A DNA stretch of 64,000 nucleotides from an uncultured Chloroflexia bacterium (GTDB lineage: Bacteria; Chloroflexota; Limnocylindria; QHBO01), in contig CAWGTN010000003.1 in assembly GCA_963825525.1 (NCBI GenBank), forward strand, positions 96,001 to 160,000, read 5' to 3'. Position 1 is the stretch's first letter. The number at the start of each line of letters is the position of its first letter. Positions 27,697 to 37,726 of this stretch are shown in pieces. A program made the position numbers and the translations under genes. The notes beneath the pieces are model-generated. The model was given only the letters and a program-made list of their open reading frames with translations, was not told the DNA's origin and ran no database searches.

Positions 27697-28044
27697 TCAG
27701 GCGGTGGCGCCTGTCCCCAGGGACGGAAGCCCGAAGGCCTCCTCGAGTGCCTCGGCCGGTCGGAATCCGACCGCAGCCTTGGGTGCCTCGCCGGGTGCGA
27801 AGAGGGCGACGGTCGGAATGCTCATGATTCCGTACTTCATTGCCGTCTGCGGATTGGCGTCGACGTCGAGCTTGCGAACCTCGACCTTGCCCTCGTACTT
27901 CGCTGCCAGCTTCTCGATCTCCGGGGCGACCATGCGGCAGGGGCCACACCATTCGGCCCAGAAGTCGACGACGACGGGCTTGTCGCTCTGGAGAACATCG
28001 GTCTCGAACGTGGCGTCGGTGACTTCACGAACATTTGCGGACAT
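27697..28044 (-). CDS. trxA: Thioredoxin
   Basis: VDFWAEWCGPCR, IMSIPT. Confidence 0.96.
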   Translation of the reverse strand: MSANVREVTDATFETDVLQSDKPVVVDFWAEWCGPCRMVAPEIEKLAAKYEGKVEVRKLDVDANPQTAMKYGIMSIPTVALFAPGEAPKAAVGFRPAEALEEAFGLPSLGTGATA

Positions 28045-28055
28045 GGGGTTCCTTT

Positions 28056-28370
28056 CTAGGAGGATCGCGCGCCGGTCGAGCCGGCGACGGCTTGGATTGC
28101 TCGGTATGCATCGAGGACGCGCTCATCGGCCAGGCGGTACATGACGGTGTTGCCGTCGCGCCGGCTGGCCACCAGGCCCGCCGAGCGCAGCACGCTGAGA
28201 TGCTGGCTCATGTTCGGCACCTGGCAACCGACGTCATGCGAGAGCTCACTCACGCTCCGCTCGCCCGCGGCGAGCTGCTCGAGCACGCAGAGCCGCTTCG
28301 GATCTGCAAGGGCCCGAGCGATGAGCGCTGCTCGCGCCCGCGACGCATCGGCGGTCAATGTCGTGTCCAT
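28056..28370 (-). CDS. ArsR/SmtB family regulator
   Basis: ALADPKRL, SQHLSVLRSAGLVASRRDG..YRL. Confidence 0.92.
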   Translation of the reverse strand: MDTTLTADASRARAALIARALADPKRLCVLEQLAAGERSVSELSHDVGCQVPNMSQHLSVLRSAGLVASRRDGNTVMYRLADERVLDAYRAIQAVAGSTGARSS

Positions 28371-28424
28371 CGCCCGAATCATCTCACAACTTGCGCAAAC
28401 GCGCAAACGATTCGGCGCCCGATA

Positions 28425-29723
28425 TCAGGCGGCGATGGCTCCTGCCTCGACCGGTGCCTCACGCGGCCGGGCGACCTCGGTGGCGCGTGCGGCGGTGAAG
28501 CGGCCCAGCCCGGCACCGACGAACAGGATCGCGAAGGCGGGATAGCCACCCAGCAGCATGACGAGCGAGGAGATGGCCACCCCGCCGGTGTAGGCGCCGA
28601 CATTGCGAGCGACGAAATGACTCTGGAAGGCAAGCACGCCCGGGCCGGTCGCGAGCCGGAAGAGCCGCTCGTTGGCTGCCAGCTGGCCCGCAGTGTCGCC
28701 GGCCGCCATGAGCACCGCCACCAGGACGAGCACCAGCGGCGCCGCCGGATTCACCGGGTGCGCCGCAAGGCCCAGGAGGAGTGCGACGCCCCGCAGCAGG
28801 AACGACCGTCGCAGCAGCTGCGACGACGATCCGCCGCGCAGGTGCGAGCTCACGTACAGCGATGCCAGGACGAGCGTGCCGGAGCTCACCGCGCTGATGG
28901 CGATGGCGAAGCCGGCGCCCGTGTGGAGAACGCTGATGGCATACACCGACAGGAAGGGGGAGAGGCCGGCGGACAGCAGGGCGAGGGACATGACGTTGCC
29001 ATGCCGGCGGAGCCGAGCCTGCTCGTCACTCTTCCACGCCGTCTGCCGCGGAACCCGGATGCGACCGGGCGCCGGGAGCCGCCGGAGGATGACGAGCGGG
29101 ACGAGGCCGGCGATGCCTGAGATGGCGAGGGGTGCCGCGTAGGCCCACAGGCCGACGGACTGCACCAGGCCGTCGATGGTGAACGCAATCGGCAGGAGGA
29201 TCACCGAACCGATGCCGAGAGCAATGCCGCCCAGGCGCGGTGCGACGAGGCGACGCTCGTCATCGGCCAGGATGATCTGGTACCACGATTGCTGGAGGCT
29301 GTAGGCGGTGGCCCCCAGCGCTCCAAGCAGGCCGCTGATGATGCCGATGAGCACGATTGTCACGCCGGCTGGGATCAGGCCGATGGCGGCGAGTCCAACG
29401 ACTCCGGCCAGCAGCAGGCCGCGAGGCTCACCGATCGTCGCGAAGAGCACGACCAGGCCCCGAAGGTTGCCGTTGGTACGGTCGAGCCAGCTGGGCAACC
29501 AGCGCTGCGACATGGTGCCGACCGCCGGAAGCACGGCCAGCGCGGTGGCCAGGGCCGGGTGGGCGCCAAGTGCAAGCAGGAGTGGGATCGTGATTGCCGG
29601 CCCGGTGAGCGCCCCGATGAAGCCCTGGGCGACGGCGAGGGTCCGGAACGGCCGGTACTGCCGGCCGGCGAAGATGCGCCAGTCGGCGATGGTCGGATGA
29701 TGGGACAGAGAAGACGCGCGCAC
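28425..29723 (-). CDS. Divergent MFS-like membrane protein
   Basis: About 12 hydrophobic segments in a 6+6 layout; WLDRT motif-A remnant. Confidence 0.7.
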   Translation of the reverse strand: MRASSLSHHPTIADWRIFAGRQYRPFRTLAVAQGFIGALTGPAITIPLLLALGAHPALATALAVLPAVGTMSQRWLPSWLDRTNGNLRGLVVLFATIGEPRGLLLAGVVGLAAIGLIPAGVTIVLIGIISGLLGALGATAYSLQQSWYQIILADDERRLVAPRLGGIALGIGSVILLPIAFTIDGLVQSVGLWAYAAPLAISGIAGLVPLVILRRLPAPGRIRVPRQTAWKSDEQARLRRHGNVMSLALLSAGLSPFLSVYAISVLHTGAGFAIAISAVSSGTLVLASLYVSSHLRGGSSSQLLRRSFLLRGVALLLGLAAHPVNPAAPLVLVLVAVLMAAGDTAGQLAANERLFRLATGPGVLAFQSHFVARNVGAYTGGVAISSLVMLLGGYPAFAILFVGAGLGRFTAARATEVARPREAPVEAGAIAA

Positions 29724-29880
29724 GTTGAAGAATGAACCTTGTCCGGGAGCGCGCGTACTCCGGCCGGACCCGCTCCGACCGACGTCGGTGCAGGGCGTCC
29801 CAGCCGGGCAACCGACGCCCCTAGGTTACGACATCGCGCCGGGTTCGCGACATGGCCGATTCGTCCCATTCGGGCTTGGC

Positions 29881-29911
29881 CCGGTTGCGACAGCCAAGTT
29901 GTCGCAACCGG
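29881..29911. promoter_or_regulatory. Perfect inverted repeat upstream of the zinc-ribbon gene
   Basis: CCGGTTGCGACA-gccaagt-TGTCGCAACCGG. Confidence 0.6.
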
Positions 29912-29928
29912 AGCTCATCGTGCGTCGC

Positions 29929-30093
29929 ATGAACATTCTTCTCGACTGCGCATCGTGTGGCGACGAGGTCGTCTTCTCGGTCAACGAGACCGATGAGGAG
30001 CTCGTCTGCTCGGCCTGCAATACCCGCATGGCGTTCGCGCCGGATCCGATGATCACGTTCGGGCTCCTGTACGACACCGCACAGGCCGCCTGA
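29929..30093 (+). CDS. 54-aa zinc-ribbon protein
   Basis: MNILLDCASCG...LVCSACNT, two CxxC pairs. Confidence 0.75.
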   Translation: MNILLDCASCGDEVVFSVNETDEELVCSACNTRMAFAPDPMITFGLLYDTAQAA

Positions 30094-30142
30094 AACTCAT
30101 CTCCCAGTGCGGCGAAGTCGCACATATGGCAGGCTCAGCCCG

Positions 30143-30835
30143 ATGGCACGTGCTCGGGCCGCGTCGACCTGGCGACGCGTTGGATCGACGCTGCTGGCCG
30201 CCGCCATCCTCATCGGGCTGGGTGCCGTGGCGGCGTACTCGCTGGCGCGGCTCGACATCGGCCCGCCGTTCGGAGGGCGCATCCCCGCCGTCGCGTACGA
30301 CGCCTACCTATCGGCCGAGGAATCGGCGCCCGACATCACCGCATCCTGCCGCGTGGAGTGGGAAGTGGTCGCCGCCATCGCCCAGGTGGAATCGCGGCAC
30401 GGGCGCATCGACAGCGAGCACCGGCTGGACAGCGATGGGACGGTCGAGCCGCCGATCCGTGGGCAGCAGCTCGACGGGACTCGTGGTACGCAGACCATCG
30501 TCGACACGGACGAGGGAACGCTCGACGGCGATCCCGACTTCGATCGCGCCATGGGGCCGCTCCAGTTCATCCCCACCACCTGGCGCGAGCTGGGTCGCGA
30601 TGGGAACGGCGACGGGTCCGTGGATCCGGACAACCTGTACGACGCGGCGCTGACCGCCGTCGCCCACCTGTGCCTTCGCGAGCCGGGGGATTACACCGCT
30701 CGTGCCGAGCTGCGGCGCGCGCTCATCGCCTACAACGCATCGGGCCCGTATGCGGACGACGTTCTGCGCTGGGTTGATCGCTACCGGGCCGAGCCGCTGG
30801 ACTCCATCCTGGAGCCGTCCCCCGACGGAGTCTGA
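30143..30835 (+). CDS. Membrane-anchored lytic transglycosylase (MltB/SLT_2-like)
   Basis: AIAQVESRHG, AMGPLQFIPTTW, DGNGDG, AYN. Confidence 0.9.
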   Translation: MARARAASTWRRVGSTLLAAAILIGLGAVAAYSLARLDIGPPFGGRIPAVAYDAYLSAEESAPDITASCRVEWEVVAAIAQVESRHGRIDSEHRLDSDGTVEPPIRGQQLDGTRGTQTIVDTDEGTLDGDPDFDRAMGPLQFIPTTWRELGRDGNGDGSVDPDNLYDAALTAVAHLCLREPGDYTARAELRRALIAYNASGPYADDVLRWVDRYRAEPLDSILEPSPDGV

Positions 30836-30842
30836 CCGCGGG

Positions 30843-31349
30843 TCAGCTCTCGCTGATCTCGATGGCGTCGATGCGGTCGCCCGGATTCCTGTCACGCTGC
30901 GGATCGCGCTCGCGCAGGGCGCTGACGACGTCCATGCCCTCGGTCACGCGGCCGAAGACGCTGTGCTTGTTGTCCAGGTGCGGCGTCGGGCCGAAGGTGA
31001 TGAAGAACTGGCTTCCATTGGTTCCGGGGCCGGCGTTGGCCATGGAGAGCGTGCCCGCGCTGTCGTGACGAAGCGACGAGTGGAACTCGTCACCGAACTG
31101 GTAGCCGGGGCCGCCGGTGCCGGTGCCGGTCGGATCGCCGCCCTGGGCCATGAACCCGCCGATGACCCGATGAAAGGTCGTGCCGTCGTAGAAGCCTGAG
31201 CGGGCGAGGTTCACGAAGTTCTCAACGGTGAGCGGGGCGCGGTCCGCGTAGAGCTCGACAACGAATTCGCCCCTCTCCGTCTTGAAGCGAGCCGAGTACT
31301 GCTTCGTGAGGTCGAGGTCGCCTGACGGCGGGCTGGGTCGGTCGGCCAT
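30843..31349 (-). CDS. Cyclophilin-type peptidyl-prolyl isomerase
   Basis: [32 protein letters not shown]. Confidence 0.96.
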   Translation of the reverse strand: MADRPSPPSGDLDLTKQYSARFKTERGEFVVELYADRAPLTVENFVNLARSGFYDGTTFHRVIGGFMAQGGDPTGTGTGGPGYQFGDEFHSSLRHDSAGTLSMANAGPGTNGSQFFITFGPTPHLDNKHSVFGRVTEGMDVVSALRERDPQRDRNPGDRIDAIEISES

Positions 31350-31414
31350 CGGTTCTCCTGGTGAGGTGGTGTGCCCCCCGATGCTACCGGACATTCCGGA
31401 CGGGGGGCACGCGC

Positions 31415-32041
31415 CTAGTGCTCGACGTCGATGACGAGTCGTTCCGGACCGTCCTCGGACAGCGGCACGACGCGAACGCAGGCCTCGTGGGTCAGCCCCA
31501 GGTACCAGGTGGACTGCGCCTCGAAATCACCGCCCTCGACGAGGTGCACGAGGGTCGGGAAGTCGCGCGCGAAGCTGGTCGGACCGTTGTAGCTGCTGGT
31601 GTTCTCGAGGGTCTGCTTGGTGCCGCCGCGCAGCGTCAGCCGCAGGAAACTGGTACCGGCGACCTCGATCGGCATCCCCGATGCATCGTGGGTGAACGGC
31701 GGCGTCGCGCGGTCGAGCGTCACCTCCGGCAGGCCGTCGGCGAACTCGAAGACGACGCGGTCATAGTCGGCGTGCGACCCGACCCGGACATCGGTGATGT
31801 TGGCTCGGGCAACGGTGGCCGCCTCGACGATCGGCAGCTCGCAGGAGAAATCGGCGAGGGCGTCTGAAGGGATCGGCTCATCGGTCGATGTCGATGTCGA
31901 TGCCGTTGCCGATGCTGATGGAACTCCCGTCGCATCGGGTGACCTGGACGCCGCGCTCGACGATGGGCTGGCAGCCGTGCCGCCGCATGCGGCCAGGAGT
32001 GTCGCGAGCACGATCAAGGTCGCGGGTGGGCGAAGTCGCAT
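31415..32041 (-). CDS. Lipoprotein with AMIN-like domain
   Basis: LAAC lipobox, S/T linker, [25 protein letters not shown]. Confidence 0.8.
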   Translation of the reverse strand: MRLRPPATLIVLATLLAACGGTAASPSSSAASRSPDATGVPSASATASTSTSTDEPIPSDALADFSCELPIVEAATVARANITDVRVGSHADYDRVVFEFADGLPEVTLDRATPPFTHDASGMPIEVAGTSFLRLTLRGGTKQTLENTSSYNGPTSFARDFPTLVHLVEGGDFEAQSTWYLGLTHEACVRVVPLSEDGPERLVIDVEH

Positions 32042-32141
32042 GGGGAGAATCTCCGGATTGTGGGTGACGAACGACGGGTCGATGACGTCCCGGAGCCCGA
32101 ACTCGTTACCGCGAGCAAGCATCGGACTAGACTGAGGCCCG

Positions 32142-33239
32142 ATGACCGAGATCCAACCTCCCTATTCGCCCGGGCTCAAGGGCGTGGTCGCGGGGGAGAC
32201 GTCGCTGGCCAGGGTGGACGGCGTCAACGGGCGCCTTCAGTACCGCGGCTATCCGATCGGCGAGCTTGTGGAGCGCGGCACATTCGCCGAGGTGGCCGAA
32301 CTCCTGTGGACCGGCGAGTGGGTGCCCGATGCGACGCTGGCCTGTGGGCCGCTTCCCGGCGGCGTCGTCGATGTGCTGCGCCGACTCCCGGCCGAGACGA
32401 ACGCCATGGATGCGCTGCGCACCGCCGTGTCGACCTGGGGAGCGCTGTCGGGCACCCTCTGGCCACCGACCGTCGAACAGGCCAGGGAGTTGACTGCCTT
32501 TGCCCCGTCAGCGCTGGCCGCCTTCGCCCGCCTTCGCGCCGGGCTCGAGCCGATCGAGGCCGATCCCTCGCTCGGGCTGGCCGAGGGGTTCCTGACCCAG
32601 CTCCGCGGCGAGGCGCCCGACCCGGCTGCGACCCGGGCGCTCGACGCCTATCTGGTGGTCGGAGCCGAGCACGGATTCAACGCTTCCACGTTCGCTGCTC
32701 GGGTGATCATCTCGACGCACTCGGACATCGCGAGCGCCGTGGCGGGCGCCATCGGTGCGCTCAAGGGCCCGTGGCATGGAGGCGCGCCGGCGGAGGTCGT
32801 CGACCAGCTGCACGAGATGGGCTCGATCGACCAGGCGGAGGCGTGGATCCGCTCGACGCTCGAGCGCGGCGAGCGGCTCATGGGCTTCGGCCATCGCGTA
32901 TACCGCAGCTACGACCCACGGGCCGCCGCCCTGCGTGCCGTCGCCGAGAGCCAGGCGCATGTCGCGGGCTGGTTGGAGAAGGCCGTCGCGGTCGAGGAGA
33001 TCGCGCTCCGAGTCCTCGCCGAGTTCAAGCCGGACTATCCGATCAAGACCAACGTCGAGTACTACGCCGCCGCCGTGCTCCAGGGCGTCGGCCTGCCGCC
33101 GAACCTGTTTCCGGCGACCTTCGCGCTGGCCCGGCACGCGGGCTGGACCGCGCATTGCCTGGAGCAGGCCGAGGCCGATGTCCTCATCCGTCCCGACGTC
33201 CGCTACGTCGGACCATCGGAGCGGTCACTCCCGGCCTGA
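32142..33239 (+). CDS. Citrate / 2-methylcitrate synthase
   Basis: GLKGVVAGET, EHGFNASTF, GPWHGGA, MGFGHRVY, NVEYY. Confidence 0.95.
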   Translation: MTEIQPPYSPGLKGVVAGETSLARVDGVNGRLQYRGYPIGELVERGTFAEVAELLWTGEWVPDATLACGPLPGGVVDVLRRLPAETNAMDALRTAVSTWGALSGTLWPPTVEQARELTAFAPSALAAFARLRAGLEPIEADPSLGLAEGFLTQLRGEAPDPAATRALDAYLVVGAEHGFNASTFAARVIISTHSDIASAVAGAIGALKGPWHGGAPAEVVDQLHEMGSIDQAEAWIRSTLERGERLMGFGHRVYRSYDPRAAALRAVAESQAHVAGWLEKAVAVEEIALRVLAEFKPDYPIKTNVEYYAAAVLQGVGLPPNLFPATFALARHAGWTAHCLEQAEADVLIRPDVRYVGPSERSLPA

Positions 33240-34466
33240 GCGATCCGCGACTCCAGGAGGCGTCGCTCGGCGGGGTTGTCGGTCAGCTCCAGGGCCCGTT
33301 CATCGGCCAGGAGGGCGTCTGCCGTCCGACCTGTGCGACGCAGCAGCTCCGCGCGCGCGGCATGGAACAGGTGATACGCGCCCAGCCGATCGGCGAGGGG
33401 CTCGATGGCCGCGAGGCCGTCCGATCGCCCCGTCTCGCTCCGCGATGGCGAGGGCGCGGTTGAGCGCGACCACGGGCGTCGGCTCGAGGCGATAGAGGAG
33501 GTCGTACAGCGCGACGATGCTCGGCCAGTCGGTGGCGTCCCATGCGGGAGCGGCGGCGTGGACCGCCACGATCGCGGCCTGGATCTGGAAGGTCCCCGGC
33601 CGGTTCATGCGCTCGGCTCCCGCCAGCGTTTGGATGGCCGCGTCGATCGCGCCGCGGTCCCATCGCGAGCGGTCCTGGTCAGGCATGAGCACGAGGGAGC
33701 CGTCGGCTCCGAAGCGCGCGTCCCAGCGAGCCAGGTGGAGGCGCATGAGCGCGAGCAGGCCGATGGCCTCTGGCTCGTCCGGCATCAACCGCACGAGCAG
33801 AGACGTCAGCCACTCCGCGTCGCGTGCCAGCTCGCGCCGCTCTGCGGCCTCGCCGGTCGAGGCGAGGTACCCCTCGTTGAAGATCAGGTACAGGACGCGG
33901 AGCACGCCGCCGAGCCGGGCGGGGAGCTCCGCCGGTTCGGGCACCCGATACGGGATGGCGGCGTCACGGATCTTGCGCTTGGCCCGCACCAGGCGCTGGG
34001 CGACGGTCGCCTCCGGCACGAGGAAGGCGCGCGCCACGGCCGGCGTCTCGAGGCCCCCGATCGTGCGCAGCGTGAGCGCGACCTGTGCCTCCTGGTTGAG
34101 AGCCGGATGGCAGCAGGTGAACAGCAGGCGCAGCCGATCATCGGCCCCCATCGGACCGTCCGTCGAGACGCGGGTGCTCATCTGCGTCGCCTCCCGGGTG
34201 AGCTGCTCCATGCGTTCCCGATACCGTGCCTGGCGTCGCAGTCGGTCGACACCGCGCCGGCGGGCAGCCGTCATCAGCCATGCGCCCGGATTGCGCGGGA
34301 TGCCATCGACGCCCCAGTGCTCCAGCGCCGCAACCGCGGCGTCCTGGACCAGCTCCTCGGCCGCGTCCCAATCGCCCAGGATCCTGACCAGTGCCGCCGT
34401 CAGGCGCCCGCGCTCCTCCCGGAGCACGGAGGCCAGGCGCTCATCGACCGTGGAGCGATCAGGCAC
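33203..34466 (-). CDS. ECF42-type sigma factor with TPR-like C-terminal extension; frameshift near 33424
   Basis: [40 protein letters not shown]; C-terminus [12 protein letters not shown]...NPAERRLL in the shifted frame. Confidence 0.9.
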
Positions 34467-34806
34467 CGTCGATGACGGGACGTATCTCGAGCACGTCAGG
34501 GCCCGGCCACGACGACGCGATGGCGATCGCCTGGTCAAGATCGGCGACCTCGAGGATGCCGTAGCCGCCGACCACTTCCTTGCCCTCCATGAATGGCCCG
34601 TCGGTCACCGTCGCTGGGCCGTCACCGTCGCGACGGACCGTCGTGGCCGTCGCCACCGGCTCCAGTTGGTAGCCTTCGATGATTCGCCCAGCGGCGGAGT
34701 GCTCGCCCCACCAGCCGCCGATGCGCTGCATCAGCGCTCCCTGCTCATCGGGCGTCATGTGCGACCACGCCTCCTCGCTGCCGGCGATCAGCATCATGTA
34801 CTTCAT
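34459..34806 (-). CDS. YCII-related DGPF protein
   Basis: [27 protein letters not shown]; GAGGAG RBS. Confidence 0.93.
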   Translation of the reverse strand: MKYMMLIAGSEEAWSHMTPDEQGALMQRIGGWWGEHSAAGRIIEGYQLEPVATATTVRRDGDGPATVTDGPFMEGKEVVGGYGILEVADLDQAIAIASSWPGPDVLEIRPVIDGA

Positions 34807-34847
34807 GCGTCGTGCTCCTCGTGCTGTGCGATTCCCATACTCGTGAC

Positions 34848-34874
34848 GACGACCGGCGGGGCGTGAGATCGACA
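34848..34874 (-). promoter_or_regulatory. ECF42-type promoter
   Basis: TGTCGA-17nt-CGTC upstream of the DGPF gene. Confidence 0.7.
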
Positions 34875-34903
34875 CCGGTACTGATTGTGCACGGGAGACC
34901 GGC

Positions 34904-35185
34904 ATGAGTGAACACGATCGACAGACGGATTCTGAGCTGGGGCTGGAAGGGGCGGACGCGGCCGCCATGGGCACCGACGGCCCGGTCGAGTCCGCGCCAC
35001 CGGGCGCGCAGGTTGTTGACGAGGAGCGGACGGTACCCGGTGCCGGCAGCGGCGACCTGGTGCCGGACGAGGCGAAGCCGTGGTTCACATCGCTGGCCGC
35101 GGCGAGCGACCAGGCCGGGGTCGGAAACGAGGATCCCGACGCCCAGGATCCCGAGTCTCCGACCGACGCGGAGATCGGCCGCTAG
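34904..35185 (+). CDS. Small acidic, probably disordered protein
   Basis: GGGAG RBS; D/E-rich 93 aa filling the gap. Confidence 0.6.
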   Translation: MSEHDRQTDSELGLEGADAAAMGTDGPVESAPPGAQVVDEERTVPGAGSGDLVPDEAKPWFTSLAAASDQAGVGNEDPDAQDPESPTDAEIGR

Positions 35186-35200
35186 CCTCACAATGCCGGG

Positions 35201-36178
35201 GTGAACTCCGCGAACCGATCGCGGCCGACGACATCGGCGGTCGCCATTGCCCTGCTCACGGTGTACGTGGTGTGGGGCTCCACATACCTGGCGATTGCGA
35301 TCGTCATCGAGACGCTCCCGCCGCTTCTCTCGGCGGGCGTTCGATTCGTCGTGGCCGGCGCCCTGATGCTCGGCGTGCTGGCGGCACGGGCTCGACTCCG
35401 ACCCGCCCGTGAACCGGTCGAGCCCGCGACCTGGGTGCACTGGCGCTCGGCCTTCGTCATCGGTGCATTGCTGCTGCTGGGGGGCAACGGCGGCGTCGTC
35501 CTGGCGGAGCAGTACATTCCGTCCGGCGTGGCGGCCGTGCTCGTCGCCACGGTCCCGATCTGGCTTGCCGTGTTCGAGGCGGTTCAGCTGCGGCGCATGC
35601 CCAACAGGCTCGTGATCGGCGGGCTGATCGCCGGCATCGTGGGGGTCATGATCCTCCTGGCGCCGGTCGAGGGGCTGAACCGACTCGACCCACTGGGCGT
35701 CGGGCTCGTCGTCGTGGCCGCCATGTCCTGGGCTGCGGGTTCCCTCTATGCCCGGCGCGCGCCCCTGCCATCCGGGCAGCTGCGGGTGACCGGAATGGAG
35801 ATGCTGGCCGGTGGCCTGGTCCTCATCGTGGGTGGCTCGGTGATCGGCGAGCTCGGCGGGATCGCCGTCGAGTCGTTCTCCGCGCGATCGCTCGTCGGGC
35901 TGGTCTATCTGGTGCTGGTCGGCTCGCTGGCCGGGTTCACTGCCTACAGCTGGTTGCTCGCCAACGTTCCGGTCTCCACGGTCGGCACCTACGCGTACGT
36001 CAATCCGATCGTCGCCGTGGGTTTGGGCGCACTGATCCTGTCCGAGCCGATCACGCCCCGCACGATCATCGCCACCGTGATCATCATCGGCGCCGTGGTC
36101 GCCATGGTCTCCGGGCGGCCGCGTCAGGCGGAGGAGCCCGGGCCGGCCCCGGAGACCGCCACCCTGGCCCCGGACTGA
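35201..36178 (+). CDS. EamA/DMT transporter (YedA-like)
   Basis: VYVVWGSTYLAI, YAYVNPIVAV. Confidence 0.92.
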   Translation: MNSANRSRPTTSAVAIALLTVYVVWGSTYLAIAIVIETLPPLLSAGVRFVVAGALMLGVLAARARLRPAREPVEPATWVHWRSAFVIGALLLLGGNGGVVLAEQYIPSGVAAVLVATVPIWLAVFEAVQLRRMPNRLVIGGLIAGIVGVMILLAPVEGLNRLDPLGVGLVVVAAMSWAAGSLYARRAPLPSGQLRVTGMEMLAGGLVLIVGGSVIGELGGIAVESFSARSLVGLVYLVLVGSLAGFTAYSWLLANVPVSTVGTYAYVNPIVAVGLGALILSEPITPRTIIATVIIIGAVVAMVSGRPRQAEEPGPAPETATLAPD

Positions 36179-36209
36179 GGCTGGCACCGATCCTGCGCCA
36201 CACGTGCGC

Positions 36210-36560
36210 ATGAAGAAGTTCACAACCATCGATGCCACTGCGCTGCGCGAGCAGCTCATGTCGGCTGATCGGCCCGTCCTCGTCAACGCCCTGGCGCGTG
36301 AAGCATTCGAGGACGAGCGGATCCCGGGCTCCATATCCATTCCCGCCTCCGAGGCGCTACGCCTCGCCGGAGACATCCTCGCCAAGGATCAGGCGATCGT
36401 CGTCTACTGCGCCTCGAGGCACTGCACGGCCAGCCCGACCCTGGCGCAGAAGCTGGTGGACCTCGGGTACACCCGGGTCACCGACTTCGACGGAGGAATC
36501 GAGGCGTGGGAGCAGGCTGGCCTTCCGATCGAGCGTTCCCGCGTCGCCGTGGCGTTCTGA
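36210..36560 (+). CDS. Rhodanese-like protein
   Basis: RIPGSI, VVYCASRHC, GGIEAW...GLP. Confidence 0.88.
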   Translation: MKKFTTIDATALREQLMSADRPVLVNALAREAFEDERIPGSISIPASEALRLAGDILAKDQAIVVYCASRHCTASPTLAQKLVDLGYTRVTDFDGGIEAWEQAGLPIERSRVAVAF

Positions 36561-36567
36561 GCGCCAC

Positions 36568-36861
36568 GTGAATCGGCCGCAGGTGGCTGTCACGTGCAGT
36601 CCGCGCGAGGGCGGCTGGCACTGCACGGTGACCGTGGGAGACGACCCGGGTGCCACGGAGCACCAGGTGCAGGTGCCGACCGATTCGCTCGCCGATCTTG
36701 CTCCCGGCTCGACGCCGGAGGAGCTGGTCCGCGAGTCGTTCGTCTACCTGCTCGAGCGGGAGCCAAGGGAGAGCATCATGCGTTCCTTCGAGCTGCCGAT
36801 CATCGCCCGATTCTTCGGCGACTACGCCGACGAGATCAGCCGGCGGTTCCGGGGCCGCTGA
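36568..36861 (+). CDS. Hypothetical protein
   Basis: Coding-like bias; ELVRESFVYLLEREPRESIMRSF; GTG 7 nt after the rhodanese stop. Confidence 0.7.
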   Translation: MNRPQVAVTCSPREGGWHCTVTVGDDPGATEHQVQVPTDSLADLAPGSTPEELVRESFVYLLEREPRESIMRSFELPIIARFFGDYADEISRRFRGR

Positions 36862-37351
36862 CGACGTCTTCGGGTGGCCGCGGGTGCATCACGCGGCCAC
36901 GTCCGACCCGCAATCGGTCGAACCCGGCGGGGAAGACCACGAGGTTCCAGGCGCCGGCCTGTGCCGCGGACGGCACGATCATGCCCAGCGCACCAAGCTC
37001 TCGGGCACGGACGGCGACGGCCTGCGCCGTGCTCCGCGGGCCGGTGAGCTGCTCGATGCTCGTCGACAGCGCGGCACGCGTGTCGGGCTCGCGGAGGTCG
37101 ATGATCGGCAGGTCACGGACCTCGATCTGCCACAGGCGGCGGCGCTCCGTCGACGGGTCGATGGCACCCCGCGTCGCGGCGGCCCACTCCGCCCAGGCGG
37201 TGGATGCCTCGAGCGACGCGTAGAGCGGCCACGGTTCGCCGGGGCGGTGGTAGCGGCCCTCGGTCGGGGCCGGGCGCGCGGGCGGCGTGGCCGCGACGTC
37301 CACGCCCGTCTGCCGCCGGACGCGGCCGCTGAAGCTGCTGAGGGGGCTCAG
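36836..37351 (-). CDS. RES-domain toxin (probable CTG start)
   Basis: FSGRVRR, GRYH, LYAS...AE, VPSA...NLVVFP; downstream of the antitoxin. Confidence 0.85.
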   Translation of the reverse strand: MSPLSSFSGRVRRQTGVDVAATPPARPAPTEGRYHRPGEPWPLYASLEASTAWAEWAAATRGAIDPSTERRRLWQIEVRDLPIIDLREPDTRAALSTSIEQLTGPRSTAQAVAVRARELGALGMIVPSAAQAGAWNLVVFPAGFDRLRVGRGRVMHPRPPEDVVSGPGTAG

Positions 37352-37674
37352 ACGTAGTCCCCGACGATGTACGACTCGGCCGCGCCGCGCACCGCATCGA
37401 AGTCACCAGCGGCAAGCCGATCGACCGGTCGTTCCCACGCCAAAAGCGCGTTCGGGGCCTCGAGCCAGTCTCGCTTCGAGGCATCGGCCATGCCGCGGCC
37501 CAGGACGTCCAAGACCGCGTTGAGCTCGCCGATGCGGTCGCGGAAGCGGGCCTGGGGGCGCTGGCCGATCCGCCATCGCTCGGCCGTGCGCACGCTGGCC
37601 CCGGTGGCGCGCGCCATGAATCGAGCCGGAAAGAGGCGGATGAGCCGGAGTGGGGGCGCTGCCTGGACCGTCAC
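37348..37674 (-). CDS. Xre/MbcA/ParS-type antitoxin
   Basis: HTH ARATGASVRTAERW; WLEAPNALL...PVDRL...V toxin-binding domain. Confidence 0.88.
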   Translation of the reverse strand: MTVQAAPPLRLIRLFPARFMARATGASVRTAERWRIGQRPQARFRDRIGELNAVLDVLGRGMADASKRDWLEAPNALLAWERPVDRLAAGDFDAVRGAAESYIVGDYV

Positions 37675-37680
37675 GAGCGA

Positions 37681-37709
37681 ATCCTATCGGCGATGAAAAT
37701 GCCGGTCAA
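37681..37709 (-). promoter_or_regulatory. sigma70 promoter of the TA operon (leaderless)
   Basis: TTGACC-17-TAGGAT, 6 nt before GTG 37674. Confidence 0.75.
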
Positions 37710-37726
37710 TCTGACGGTGCGGCCGG

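Noticed and set aside
31883-31920. Short tandem repeats such as GTCGAT (also CCGCCGAAC near 57980)
   Set aside because: They are codon repeats in low-complexity protein linkers (STSTST, GGFGGF).
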